NCBI GenBank assembly: GCA_963719315.1
Contig: CAVRBU010000002.1
Span: forward strand, 64,001 to 128,000
Source of the DNA: an uncultured Planctomycetota bacterium
GTDB lineage: Bacteria > Planctomycetota > Planctomycetia > Pirellulales > Lacipirellulaceae
Direction: 5' to 3'
DNA length: 64,000 bases
Shown here: positions 1 to 9,361 of the stretch, in pieces
Numbering within the stretch: position 1 is the stretch's first letter
Layout of the letters: each line of letters opens with the position of its first letter
The notes under the pieces: model-generated
Seen by the model: only the letters and a program-made list of their open reading frames with translations
What the model was told of the DNA's origin: nothing
The model's database searches: none
Position numbers and translations under genes: made by a program

Positions 1-1486
1 TGGCAGCAATTTCATCCGCCTCACTGCGAGCGGGCAGGGAGAGAATACAAATGCTCGGCGAGTTGGTCGAATCAACCAGGCCGGAATCCTCGTTTGCCTC
101 TTGAGTGTTCTCCGAAATCTCTTGTGCCTGCAATTCCTGTTGGCGCTCAATGCGGTCTTGAATCATCTCCTTCAGGCTTTCCATGATGAACTTGTGCTTT
201 CCATCGTTGAACTCGCCGCGATGCCAATGCGTTTCGGCCAGGGCCAATGCGGGCATGAGCACCGTGTCATAGACTTCGACCAGCGGGCTGTGCTCCAGCA
301 AATCCTCCAGTAATTCGTCTGCCTCCTCTTGATCTCCGGCCACGAGTCGCTGATAGATGCGTTTCTTAGGCTCGAAAACTGGCTCATTGCCCAACAACAC
401 GTTCAGGAAAGATAATTGCGGAACGTGCTTACCGATCACCAACAGGCACACCGTCAACGGCGTCGCGAGCAGCAACCCTACAGGTCCCCACAACCACAGC
501 CAAAAGACGGCGGCCACCAGGATCGCCACCGCCGAGACGCCAGTGTGCTTTCCGTAAAGCCATGGTTCCAGGATGTTGTAGTTGAACAGCTCCAGCACGA
601 CGAACAGCCCGGCGGTGAGCAGAGGCGACACCCAACCCGTCGAGATAGCCATGGATAGGGCCATTGGCATCGCGGCGGCAATCCACGGGCCAACGTAGGG
701 AATAAACCTGAGGGCCGCGGCTAGTATTCCCCATAAGGGGGCACTGGGTACACCGATCAGGTACAGCCCGATTCCGACGGAAATGCCAAAGGTCACGTTA
801 ACGAGAAACAGCATTGAAAGATAGCGACGGACCCGCGCGTTGGCGTCTTCCAGCATTTGCGTGGTCACGGTCACGTGACCCTTTCCTACCAGGTGGATGA
901 ATCGATCGCGCAAATCCTCACTTCGAATAAGGAAGAACACGACGAGCACGATGACGATGCCAATTGTGCCCAAGGTCTCGAGTAATGTGCCAAACATGCC
1001 GGCGAACACTTGAAGTGGGCTCATTGGCGAGGAAAGTACACGGACCGAAAAGGGCAATTCGGAGGTCCCTTTTGGCCCGGCGGTCTGCTCTGGACGCAAG
1101 AGATCCTTGCCAACTTCCGGTACGTTTTTTGTTAGCTTGCTCAGCGCGGCGGCTGCATATTCGTTCACCGAGCTGAGCTTAGCCTGGATATTGTTCTGGT
1201 ACTCGGGGATCTTGGGGGCCAAATGGGTCATTTGAACGACCGCGATCCAGGCCACGATCCCCAACATCGAGAAGCCCAGGATGGCCGTCATCAGCACAGC
1301 CGGGACACGACCCAACCTCCGACGCTCAAGCCAATCACAAACCGGCATCAGCAGGAAGCTCAGCAGTACAGCGAGCGTCAATGGAACCAGCAGACTCTTC
1401 GCCATATAAAGAGCCGCAATGACGATGGCGGTCGACGCCAGTGTCGACATCCAAGAGGGTTTGGTAAATCGGCCCAATTGTGCCAT
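1..1486 (-). CDS. AI-2E family transporter with C-terminal soluble domain (partial; runs off the left edge)
   Basis: Manual translation from ATG 1486: MAQLGRFTKPSWMSTLASTAIVIAALYMAKSLLVPLTLAVLLSFLLMPVCDWLERRRLGRVPAVL, a typical AI-2E start; the window edge reads LSLPARSEADEIAA. Absent from the ORF track because it has no stop in the window. Confidence 0.85.
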   Translation of the reverse strand, partial: MAQLGRFTKPSWMSTLASTAIVIAALYMAKSLLVPLTLAVLLSFLLMPVCDWLERRRLGRVPAVLMTAILGFSMLGIVAWIAVVQMTHLAPKIPEYQNNIQAKLSSVNEYAAAALSKLTKNVPEVGKDLLRPEQTAGPKGTSELPFSVRVLSSPMSPLQVFAGMFGTLLETLGTIGIVIVLVVFFLIRSEDLRDRFIHLVGKGHVTVTTQMLEDANARVRRYLSMLFLVNVTFGISVGIGLYLIGVPSAPLWGILAAALRFIPYVGPWIAAAMPMALSMAISTGWVSPLLTAGLFVVLELFNYNILEPWLYGKHTGVSAVAILVAAVFWLWLWGPVGLLLATPLTVCLLVIGKHVPQLSFLNVLLGNEPVFEPKKRIYQRLVAGDQEEADELLEDLLEHSPLVEVYDTVLMPALALAETHWHRGEFNDGKHKFIMESLKEMIQDRIERQQELQAQEISENTQEANEDSGLVDSTNSPSICILSLPARSEADEIAA

Positions 1487-1531
1487 GCGGTTGTCCTCGA
1501 CTAATTCGGTCATTTGGCCGTACCTGCCTCC

Positions 1532-1798
1532 TCAGCGACGCATCCAAAAGCGACCGAACAGCAAGCCGATCCCTGCCGCGATCAATAAGGATTTGACGGG
1601 CCGCTCCCGTACGTATTGCTCGAAGTTGCATAGTACGCCGTGGACATTGTCTCGCCCCTGTTCATAGATTTCGGTGGCATTCTCGCGCACTTGCCCGAGC
1701 TTCTCCTGGGCTGCATCCCTGACGGTGTCACCCATTTCCCTAAGGTCTTTGGATACTTCTTTCGCCTGCGCACCAAGCCGATCACTCGTCGTCGACAT
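1532..1798 (-). CDS. DUF883 / ElaB-YqjD family tail-anchored protein
   Basis: Charged helical N-terminus and C-terminal YVRERPVKSLLIAAGIGLLFGRFW motif. Confidence 0.85.
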   Translation of the reverse strand: MSTTSDRLGAQAKEVSKDLREMGDTVRDAAQEKLGQVRENATEIYEQGRDNVHGVLCNFEQYVRERPVKSLLIAAGIGLLFGRFWMRR

Positions 1799-1848
1799 AT
1801 GTGTTCCTTTCAATGAACGTATGTAATCCCATTCCCTCTAGTCCATTC

Positions 1849-2082
1849 TCATTGCGAGGCTGTTTCGTCCGGAAGCCGCCGTTTCGCACTGGAAACGATG
1901 TGTCCCGCGGTTAATACCCCGATCGCAAAGCCGATGATCAACGTTCCGAACAACAGGGCCGCGTTCGGCAACGTCACTGTTAGGAACAGCAGCTTCGTTT
2001 CGACGGCTTGCGTGTTCTGCAAGACCACGACCAATACGAGCAAGGCAAGGACGCCAATCGCGATGAGCTTCAATTTATTCAT
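1849..2082 (-). CDS. LapA-domain (DUF1049-like) small membrane protein
   Basis: MNKLKLIAIGVLALLVLVVVLQNTQAVETKLLF...; two TM helices with the QNT motif; start overlaps the desaturase stop. Confidence 0.7.
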   Translation of the reverse strand: MNKLKLIAIGVLALLVLVVVLQNTQAVETKLLFLTVTLPNAALLFGTLIIGFAIGVLTAGHIVSSAKRRLPDETASQ

Positions 2083-3008
2083 GGTTCCCCTCGCCTTTGT
2101 GTTCTTACGCGTGTGGCGAGGCCCAACCATGCGAGAACGCAAATGAACCAGTAACCCAGGTCGATTTGCCACCACCGCAAGCCGAAGCGGGCCGAGGTCG
2201 GAAAGGCATGATGGTTGTTATGCCATCCCTCGCCAAACCCGAGGGTGCCGAAGACGAAATTGTTTCGGCTTTGGTCGCCGGTCCGGAACGGCTGACGGCC
2301 CCACAGATGACAGATCGAATTGATGCTCCAGGTCACATGATGGACCAAGAAAACCCGCGCCAACCCGCCCCACAGCAGACCGGTCACAACACCCATCCAG
2401 GTTCCCGTGAGCAGACCGCCCAAGGCGGCAGGAATCAACAAGCCAATCGTCGCCCACAATGGGAAGAGCGTGCTGGCCGTGCGCAACACGTTGCTTTGGT
2501 GGAGATCTTTGACGTAGTGCGGCAGGTCCGGCGCGTCGGGCTGGAAGAACCAGCCCATGTGTGAATGCCAGAGGCCGCGCAACAGTCCGCGAAAGCCATC
2601 GCCTTGCTCGTGCGGCGAATGGGGATCTTCATGCGTGTCGCTGTGCTGGTGATGACGCCGATGCACGGCGACCCATTTTAAGAGGGGGCCCTCGATGGCC
2701 ATCGAGCCGAGCACGGCCAATACGAACTGGACCACCCTATTGGTTTCAAAGGCCCGGTGCGTAAACAGTCGGTGGTAGCCGACGGTGATTCCCACGGCCG
2801 TCAGCACATACATTCCTAGCAGCAGGCCGCAATCGACCCAATGGAAACCCCGGCCCCAAAGTGAAATGACGACAGCCACGAAACCGAGAAACGGCAGAAA
2901 AACCACCGTGAGGTTCAGCAAGCGCATGCCCATCGACAACTCCGTCGACGTCTCTGCACGATGCGGCAATGCTGTATCGGATGTTAGAACGTTCATTGAA
3001 TCACTCAC
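2079..3008 (-). CDS. Acyl-CoA (delta-9) fatty acid desaturase
   Basis: His boxes HRLFTH, HRRHH and HNNHH; GEGWHNNHH motif. Confidence 0.93.
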   Translation of the reverse strand: MSDSMNVLTSDTALPHRAETSTELSMGMRLLNLTVVFLPFLGFVAVVISLWGRGFHWVDCGLLLGMYVLTAVGITVGYHRLFTHRAFETNRVVQFVLAVLGSMAIEGPLLKWVAVHRRHHQHSDTHEDPHSPHEQGDGFRGLLRGLWHSHMGWFFQPDAPDLPHYVKDLHQSNVLRTASTLFPLWATIGLLIPAALGGLLTGTWMGVVTGLLWGGLARVFLVHHVTWSINSICHLWGRQPFRTGDQSRNNFVFGTLGFGEGWHNNHHAFPTSARFGLRWWQIDLGYWFICVLAWLGLATRVRTQRRGEP

Positions 3009-3031
3009 CCTTACTTCCTAATCATGGCCGA

Positions 3032-3187
3032 TCAAATACGACCCATGAGAAACAGCGCGACGACCACCAGGACAACGAGCCCTAATCCGCCGCTTGGACC
3101 GTAGCCCCAGTTTCGGCTGTGGCCCCACGAGGGGAGCGCCCCCAGCAGCATCAGAATCAAGAGAACGATCAAGATAGTGCCTAACAT
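3032..3187 (-). CDS. DUF3309 family small membrane protein (51 aa)
   Basis: Manual translation MLGTILIVLLILMLLGALPSWGHSRNWGYGPSGGLGLVVLVVVALFLMGRI; GGAG-type RBS upstream; below the ORF-track length cut-off. Confidence 0.88.
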   Translation of the reverse strand: MLGTILIVLLILMLLGALPSWGHSRNWGYGPSGGLGLVVLVVVALFLMGRI

Positions 3188-3267
3188 TTCAGCTCTCCTT
3201 CAAGAAAAGTGTTGAACCCAAAGCGTGGTCCTCAGTGTCATTGCATTGGTAACCGGGTTTGAGTTCT

Positions 3268-3531
3268 CTAAAGATCATTTGACTTCACAATGTCGTTTGC
3301 CTGTCCGTCCGCCTTGACGCCATCCTTGGCCCCGCCGGTCAGAGCGGTAGCCTTATCCTTTACCACCTCGACATCCTGTTTTATTTTGTCTGGGTCAGCT
3401 GCGAGATTGATGTTTACCTTGTTGCTTCCCGCGTCAGCGGCCGGACGCGACAAGGTGAACCACCCTCTATAAAAACCCAAGCCAACAACGAGGATCGCAA
3501 TCACGATCAGCACCGCCCCAAGTCTTTTCAT
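3268..3531 (-). CDS. Small membrane-anchored hypothetical protein
   Basis: N-terminal TM helix followed by GFYRGWF; purine-rich RBS; same strand as the operon. Confidence 0.7.
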   Translation of the reverse strand: MKRLGAVLIVIAILVVGLGFYRGWFTLSRPAADAGSNKVNINLAADPDKIKQDVEVVKDKATALTGGAKDGVKADGQANDIVKSNDL

Positions 3532-3723
3532 GCTTAACTCTCTTTCGATAACTTACTCGTGCCGCCACACAGAAGCTGAGTCCGCTGCGGATGACCCCGC
3601 GACGAGCATGTTGCTCGTCCTTGAATGTCGCATCCGATCGCGCGAGGTCATCCATGCGGCGGTGACTCTGCCTCTTCATTTGCCTTGATCCGCATCTCGA
3701 ATCGCCGTTAACTAAGCCGACTC

Positions 3724-5331
3724 CTAATCCTTGTCTTTTTTCTTCGATCCACCGCTGGATTGACCCTGCGGTGCATTGTTGGATTGGTTGTTCGAAGCGC
3801 CCTGGGGCTGGCTTGGATTCTTACCCTGGCCTTGCAGTTGACCCTGTGACCCGGAACTGCGCCGCGCCTTTTGATCCTGTTGCTGCGAACCGTCTGTTGT
3901 TCCTCCTTGCTTAAGAAACGGACGCGTTCTCGTTTGCCCACCACGCGTACCGGGCTGCGGTTGGACCTGAGAGTCTGGCTTGAGAACTACGTGTCGTTGC
4001 GGCGGAGCGTCGTTCTTGCCAAGCTGATCAGCGGGCATTGCCGCGAAGGGCGATCGTGTGAAAGTCCTGCGTTCTGGCCCAGTTGCGGTGGCAGGGTCTT
4101 TGCCTGACTTGGGCGCCGCGTTGGCTTCCAACTGTTGCCGTTGTTCAAGGTACTTACGGTACGCTTGCCCGCGCTGGCCAAACTGCTGTTGGTCGTTCTT
4201 GTCCACCGGCTGGAATCGGAACCTACTGTCTTTTTGCCGGGCCAGTTCATCGAGCGAGGTGGCTACCGCGTTGTTTCCCTTGTTGGACTTTTCCAGTTCC
4301 CTTTGCGCCGCCCAGGTATGTGGCGGGCGGGCGTCTTTGTGATCGCGGAATTGGTGGAAATTCGACTCAGTGCGATGCTCCCAATCATGGTCATTGCGAT
4401 GTTGCCAACGCTGGTTGGCGTAGATCGGATCGTAGCCGCGGCGATTGGATTGGTATGAAAACCAGGGTGAGAACCCTGCATTAGAGTAATTAGAGCCGTA
4501 ATAATCACCAAAGTAGTAATGGCCGTATTGCGGCCGCAGGAAAAGATGGCTCGCGAACACGCCCAGGTTAATCACCGCCGAGGGTGTGTAGGAGAAACCG
4601 CGTTGGGTGCGGAGTCCTTGATCAAAGTAGACGGGGGCAAACACCAAACCGCGACGCGGAACCGAATAATCGTAGTAACCGTCGACAAACACGTAGCCGC
4701 TCGGTGTCCACACATAGTGGTCCGGCATCCAATCCCAGTCTTGATTCCCTGCCGCCCAATATCCGGGCCGCCACGCATAGCGATTCTGCTGCCAGAACCA
4801 GCAGCCTGGTAGCCAAGTCTGATCGGGCGAGGGCGCCGCAATGTTCGGTCCTTGTTCAACAGACGCTGGCGGCTCAGGCAAGTACTGGATTTCGGTCGCG
4901 TTGGCATCGGCCCAGTAGCCGGACGTCCATTGAGCGCCTCCTCGGGACTGACCCCAATAGCCGGGCACCCATTGGCGGCCCGGTGGCAGGGCGCGCCAGA
5001 TTCCGCTGATCCACAGAAAATCGTTTCGCTCGTCATCCCAGCCCCAGTAACCGGGAATCCAGGATAGGTTTTTCCCCTCGGGCCGTTGTAGAGGCGGCAC
5101 TTCTTCAATGGCGGCCGGCGGCGCTTTCGGCGTCACGATGCCCGGCTGCGGATCGAAAGTGATGGTTTCCGCAAACGCTTCATGCACCGGCCCGCGCGTG
5201 AGAACTTCCACGCCGTCCTGTCCGGCGGCCGACACCGGTTGAGCGGCCACCAGTTGGTTCGATCCGATTGAAGTGCCGAAGACCGCCATTGCGGTAAGTG
5301 TGCACCAGTGAGTAACTCGACGTATGTTCAT
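3724..5331 (-). CDS. Secreted YxWGxW/WxxGxW-repeat protein (BcpO-related) with low-complexity Q/G tail
   Basis: Signal peptide; repeated WIPGYW, WISGIW, WVPGYW, WTSGYW, WLPGCW, WRPGYW. Confidence 0.8.
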   Translation of the reverse strand: MNIRRVTHWCTLTAMAVFGTSIGSNQLVAAQPVSAAGQDGVEVLTRGPVHEAFAETITFDPQPGIVTPKAPPAAIEEVPPLQRPEGKNLSWIPGYWGWDDERNDFLWISGIWRALPPGRQWVPGYWGQSRGGAQWTSGYWADANATEIQYLPEPPASVEQGPNIAAPSPDQTWLPGCWFWQQNRYAWRPGYWAAGNQDWDWMPDHYVWTPSGYVFVDGYYDYSVPRRGLVFAPVYFDQGLRTQRGFSYTPSAVINLGVFASHLFLRPQYGHYYFGDYYGSNYSNAGFSPWFSYQSNRRGYDPIYANQRWQHRNDHDWEHRTESNFHQFRDHKDARPPHTWAAQRELEKSNKGNNAVATSLDELARQKDSRFRFQPVDKNDQQQFGQRGQAYRKYLEQRQQLEANAAPKSGKDPATATGPERRTFTRSPFAAMPADQLGKNDAPPQRHVVLKPDSQVQPQPGTRGGQTRTRPFLKQGGTTDGSQQQDQKARRSSGSQGQLQGQGKNPSQPQGASNNQSNNAPQGQSSGGSKKKDKD

Positions 5332-5404
5332 AATCTCTGTCCTTTGTTTAGGCGATGCATTTAGTTGCCGAATTCGCATCGCTGCTGATTCTGAGTTTAT
5401 TTAC

Positions 5405-5647
5405 TCACTTTGTGGGCGTTGCGGGGAGTTCCGACGCTTCTGGCATGACCGGCACAGTGTCCGCGGCCGTTTTCTGTCTTTCCAACTCCTGGCTGGCGCT
5501 GGCCTTATTGCTCTCCGGCGTGTCACCACTCGGGCGCGACCAGTCGAGCCAACCTTGGCTATACGCATAACCTGCCGCGCACAACAAAACCACAACCACA
5601 AACGTGATTGAAGTTCTGTTCATGGGACGCTGCTCTTGAGTTGCCAT
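5405..5647 (-). CDS. Small membrane-anchored hypothetical protein, resembling 3268-3531
   Basis: TM helix, then YSQGWLDWSRP..SNK, echoing FYRGWFTLSRP..SNK in the 3268-3531 protein. Confidence 0.6.
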   Translation of the reverse strand: MATQEQRPMNRTSITFVVVVLLCAAGYAYSQGWLDWSRPSGDTPESNKASASQELERQKTAADTVPVMPEASELPATPTK

Positions 5648-5759
5648 TTGTCACCTCTGTTGGGTTAAGGTTTTGTAATCGGAATAATTCGCTTTGGCGG
5701 CTCTAGCTATCAGACCGTTCATGGTTGCGCCGAAAATGTTCTCGTTCAATCTTTGACAC

Positions 5760-6006
5760 TCAGTCGATGTACGGCACCCGGTACTTTGGCTTCTCGACAG
5801 GTTCCTTGGGCTTGATTGCCTGCTTTTCCGCGCGGACACGCTCCCACACTTCCTCGCGATGGATGGCCACATCGTTGTCCGCCTGGAAACCCAATTTCAC
5901 CCGGCCACCACAGACGTTCGATCACCGTCACGCGAACCAGCTCCTGCGAAGCGTCATCCGCCGTGATCACGACCGATTCACGACTCTTCCTTGCGAGAAC
6001 TAACAT
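5760..6006 (-). pseudogene. csrA: Carbon storage regulator CsrA homolog with a +1 frameshift near 5917 (real or assembly error)
   Basis: MLVLARKSRESVVI...VRVTVI in one frame continues as VCGGRVKLGFQADNDVAIHREEVWERV in another; 247 nt = 3n+1. Confidence 0.85.
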
Positions 6007-6181
6007 TGGGAACTCCATTTTGTTCGCGTGCCGTCGTTGCCACGCAACGTGCGGCACGCACTAATACACTGCAGCGAAGTCGCTGCAAGCTGTGCCAAAA
6101 GTCATACGCTTGCTCAATCGCCTGACGTGCGCCGATTCCAAACCGAGCAGTGTTTGCATATGTGCTGGCGGTACCGGTTTA

Positions 6182-7101
6182 GGACCTATCCCAAAATTCC
6201 ACATCGCCTTAAGGCGATGAGGGCGAATTGTAGATGAACGAACCCAAGATAGTTAGCCGCCTTCTTTTCCCAACGGATCAGGAGCCTGCGGGCGCGGTTG
6301 GTCCAAGAATGCGCGGCTTCGACAACCCAGCGTCGAGCTTTGTGGCCGGCGCGACAGCGACGCTGCTCCTCGCCACGGCAGCGGATGTGAGGCACGTACC
6401 CGAAACGATTCGCCGTAGCTGTCGACGGTTCGCCAAAGTATCCCTTGTCGAGACACAGGTGCTGCTTGCGCCGACGGCTGGGTCGTCGAATCGGGATGGA
6501 GCGAAGCGTGTCGCGCAGAAGACGTTGGTCGTGAGCATTGGCGCCGTCAATCGCGACGCCCAGAGGAACGCCGCGGGCGTCGGTCAAGACCGATCGCTTG
6601 ACTCCGAGCTTACCTCGATCGGTGGGGTTTTTCCCGGTTTTTTTCCCCTCCCAGCGGCGACTTAGTTGTCGCGCCGTCCACCGACTGCCAGCGCCAAGCG
6701 ATGCCGCGCTTCTGATCGTACTTCCCCAGCGCCCGTTTCCAAAACCGTTGCCAAATACCCAGGCGAGTCCACTCTTGGAAATAGCGATGAACGGTACTGG
6801 GGCTGCCAAATTGTGGCGGCAGCGCCTTCCACTGGCAGCCGGTGCGCAACAGATAAAGAATGCCGCTGGCAACGGTGCGCAGATTCGCGCGGGGTCGCCC
6901 AACCTTCGTGGATCGCGGATACTTCGGCAGCAAGGGTTCAAGCTGCCGCCAAAGCTTTTCGGGCATCCAAGCAAATTTGCCCTGCCAATCGCAGTGCATG
7001 TACACCTCCGTGCAAGCAAAGACGAGATTCGAACGGAAACCATTCCTCACCTTTTCCTACGCACGGAAATAACACCCGTTCACGTATTTTGGGATAGGTC
7101 C
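6182..7101 (-). mobile_element. IS5-family element (IS402/IS427-like), 920 bp, copy 1
   Basis: Terminal inverted repeats GGACCTATCCCAAAAT / ATTTTGGGATAGGTCC; TTA duplication at 6179-6181 and 7102-7104. Confidence 0.95.
6186..7050 (-). CDS. IS5 transposase in two overlapping ORFs joined by a probable -1 frameshift at GGGGAAAAAAAC
   Basis: orfA LRTGCQWKALP..FGSPSTVHRYFQEW..SVDG; orfB NPTDRGKLGVKR..LDKGY..RWVVE; A7 run in the overlap, present in both copies. Confidence 0.9.
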
Positions 7102-7568
7102 TTAATCAAAAACAAGTCTACGCCGGCTTCATAGCACTTGTCCCGATGCGGTGCATCGGTGCGCCCCGTGATCGCGATGATGAAGCACGGCTGCAAGCGG
7201 CGCTGCCGTCGAACTTGCTTCGCCACTTCAAAACCACTCACGTCAGGCATCAACATGTCGAGCAGCAGTACATCCGGTCGATACGCAGCGGCCAGCGCCA
7301 ATCCCGTAACACCGTCGTATGCGCGTCGAACATCGTGTCCCCATTTCGCAACCAGCATCGACAACGTATCGGCAGAAGCGCGATGGTCGTCGACAATGAG
7401 CACGCGAAGCAGGTGATCATCGACATTCTCATGTGGGGTAAAGTCAAGCGGTTTTCTCGCGAAATCAGCCTCGAACGCTCCACGAAATCGTCTAAATGCC
7501 TTCGCTGGCGTGATCTCACGAATCAGACGTTCCCTCGTCATTAAAGCATTCATTTGCAATTTCCAGGG

Positions 7569-7985
7569 TTATGCCGCGTCAACGTCCTTATCGGCGAGCG
7601 CCTCCGCCGGCAACCGACCTTCCAACGAATACACCTGCACGACGTTGCCGCTCGTGAAGGCATGCACGACAGTTCCGGTCGCCGGTTCGACTTCGGCAGC
7701 CGACTCACATACCTCTCGGCCGGTGATTCGCTTGATCTCGTTTCGTAGCGAGTCAGCCGAGGCGAGAAACAACTGACGATGAAACTCTTGCACTTGGACG
7801 GCGCCATCCGGACACAGCGCCAGTGCTTTTTCCGCCGGCGTCAACGCGTCGAGCAGCGTGATTACGAGCGTGTCTTCGTTCAAAACCACGGTCGCCGAAG
7901 CGGGCGCGTGGCCTGTCCGTTCCGTTTGGTAAGCGATCGCCATTTGGGCAATCTGCCGTGCCATCTCTGATTCGATAACATTCAT
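7569..7985 (-). CDS. DUF2294 / MpsC-family protein
   Basis: TGHAPASATVVLNEDTLVITLLDALTPAEK...EIKRITGREV pattern. Confidence 0.8.
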   Translation of the reverse strand: MNVIESEMARQIAQMAIAYQTERTGHAPASATVVLNEDTLVITLLDALTPAEKALALCPDGAVQVQEFHRQLFLASADSLRNEIKRITGREVCESAAEVEPATGTVVHAFTSGNVVQVYSLEGRLPAEALADKDVDAA

Positions 7986-8063
7986 GGTGTCATCCCTGGT
8001 GACAACCGCGACGGCGTGCAGCCGTTCGCGTAGGATGCCAAATTGGTTCGTTCCGTCGTTGTT

Positions 8064-8570
8064 TTAGTCGTGACCGTTGGCGTGATTGGCACCAACATTG
8101 ATGGTTGCTTCCGCCAATTCAGTGAGCGCCTTATCCACAGCCCCTGCTTCGTCAAGCGTCTTCTGAAGCAAGTCGGCTGCGTCGTTGTGGCCAAGCAGTC
8201 GCGCGTACGTCCGCACGCACCCGTACCCAGCCATTTCATAATGTTCGACCCGTTGTGCTGCGCCGATCAGGGCGGCATCCATCACCGCAACCTCAGCGTC
8301 CTCGGCCATCAATTCCTTGCCCTCCGCGAGCAATCCTTCCATCGCCTTGCACTTCTTGCCTTTAGGGCTGCCGCCGATTTTCTTGAAGATCTTCTCCAGG
8401 CGAGTCACGTGCCCCCTCGTCTGCTTCAGATGGCTTTCGAAGGCCTTGCTCAACTTCGGCGAGGAAGCGGCCTTCGCCATTTTCGGTAGCGCCTTCAGGA
8501 GCTGGTTCTCGGCACTGTAAAGGTCCTTTAGCTCGTCTACGTACAGGTCTTCCAACGAATCAAGTTTCAT
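8064..8570 (-). CDS. Ferritin-like DUF892 / YciE-YciF stress protein
   Basis: ELKDLYSAENQLLKALPKM..KCKAMEGLL.EG..AAQRVEHYEMAGYG. Confidence 0.92.
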   Translation of the reverse strand: MKLDSLEDLYVDELKDLYSAENQLLKALPKMAKAASSPKLSKAFESHLKQTRGHVTRLEKIFKKIGGSPKGKKCKAMEGLLAEGKELMAEDAEVAVMDAALIGAAQRVEHYEMAGYGCVRTYARLLGHNDAADLLQKTLDEAGAVDKALTELAEATINVGANHANGHD

Positions 8571-8635
8571 GTGTCTTTCCTTGTCAGCAGGCAAATCAGA
8601 TACGGCGGCGATCCGGTCGCGCGCAACAAAAGCGC

Positions 8636-8683
8636 AAAAAAAACCGACGTGGCGGAACGCCCGAAGGCATTCCACCACGTCGG
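8636..8683 (-). terminator. Intrinsic terminator in the 5' leader of the DUF892 operon (attenuator-like)
   Basis: Minus strand CCGACGUGGUGGAAUGCC-UUCG-GGCGUUCCGCCACGUCGG-U8: 18-bp stem with two G.U pairs and a cUUCGg loop, 65 nt before the ATG. Confidence 0.85.
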
Positions 8684-8815
8684 CTTACTCGTTAACGAGC
8701 CTCCCGACCTGGCCGGGTTGCTCTTTAGTTAGTCGTCCGAAAACTTCTCGTCAGATTCTCATCTGCCGCCTGCGGAAGTCTAACGCGGGCTGCAATTCAT
8801 CTAGCTTCTTCCACA

Positions 8816-8843
8816 AGTATAGGGCATTATCGACGGAATACAA
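8816..8843 (-). promoter_or_regulatory. Putative sigma70 promoter for the leftward operon
   Basis: TTGTAT-16 nt-TATACT on the minus strand. Confidence 0.5.
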
Positions 8844-8983
8844 TGGCATTCGGCATTCAGACGGCCTCTGTTACGGTAGAATTGAAGTTGCTTAGGCACC
8901 GATTTGCTGTGTTTTGTCGCCCTTTCTGGGAGTCTGCCAGCACCAAAAATAGACTTGGAATTCGTGTAAGTTGCGAGCAGCGT

Positions 8984-9361
8984 ATGAAGACACAAGGCGA
9001 AATCGAAGCGGCCGTATGCGAGGGAATCTCGCGCTTTGAGCAGGATTACATGGGTCGCGGTCCCAAGGACATTCAGGCCAATTTGATTGACGATCTGCTC
9101 GTCGTTCGACTCAAGGGCGTCTTGACCGTGGCGGAACAGCAGTTGGTGGCGTCGCTTCCGGCCGACAAAGGGAGAGACCTGCTCAAGCAAGTGCGAGTCC
9201 ACCTCGTCGAAACGGCGCGCCCCGTCATGGAGGCCATGATTCAAGAGATCACTGGCATCAAAGTAGTAAGCCTGCACCACGACATTAGCACGGCAACCGG
9301 TGAAGAGGTCGTGCTTTTCACGCTTGCCAAGTCGCCGGCTTTCCGGGAAGCAAAGAGGTAG
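8984..9361 (+). CDS. DUF2294 / MpsC-family protein (divergently transcribed)
   Basis: MKTQGEIEAAVCEGISRFEQDYMGRGPKDI..LKGVLTVAEQQL..ITGIKVVSLHHDISTATGEEVVLF. Confidence 0.9.
   Translation: MKTQGEIEAAVCEGISRFEQDYMGRGPKDIQANLIDDLLVVRLKGVLTVAEQQLVASLPADKGRDLLKQVRVHLVETARPVMEAMIQEITGIKVVSLHHDISTATGEEVVLFTLAKSPAFREAKR

Larger units (their letters stand above)
6061..7553 (-). pseudogene. Response regulator receiver protein interrupted by IS5
   Basis: RVLIVDD...DVLLLDMLMP...DLFLIK; removing the IS and one TAA copy restores LIKPVPPAHMQTLL, i.e. the conserved KP motif. Confidence 0.9.

Noticed and set aside
6082..6100. Sigma54 promoter upstream of csrA (and similar near 25102)
   Set aside because: GG-to-GC spacing is 8 or 11 nt rather than the required 10.
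8684..8730. c-di-GMP-I riboswitch in the DUF892 leader
   Set aside because: AAAGAGCAACCCGG..CGGG is superficially similar, but the GNRA loop, the GCAAA junction and the second stem are missing.
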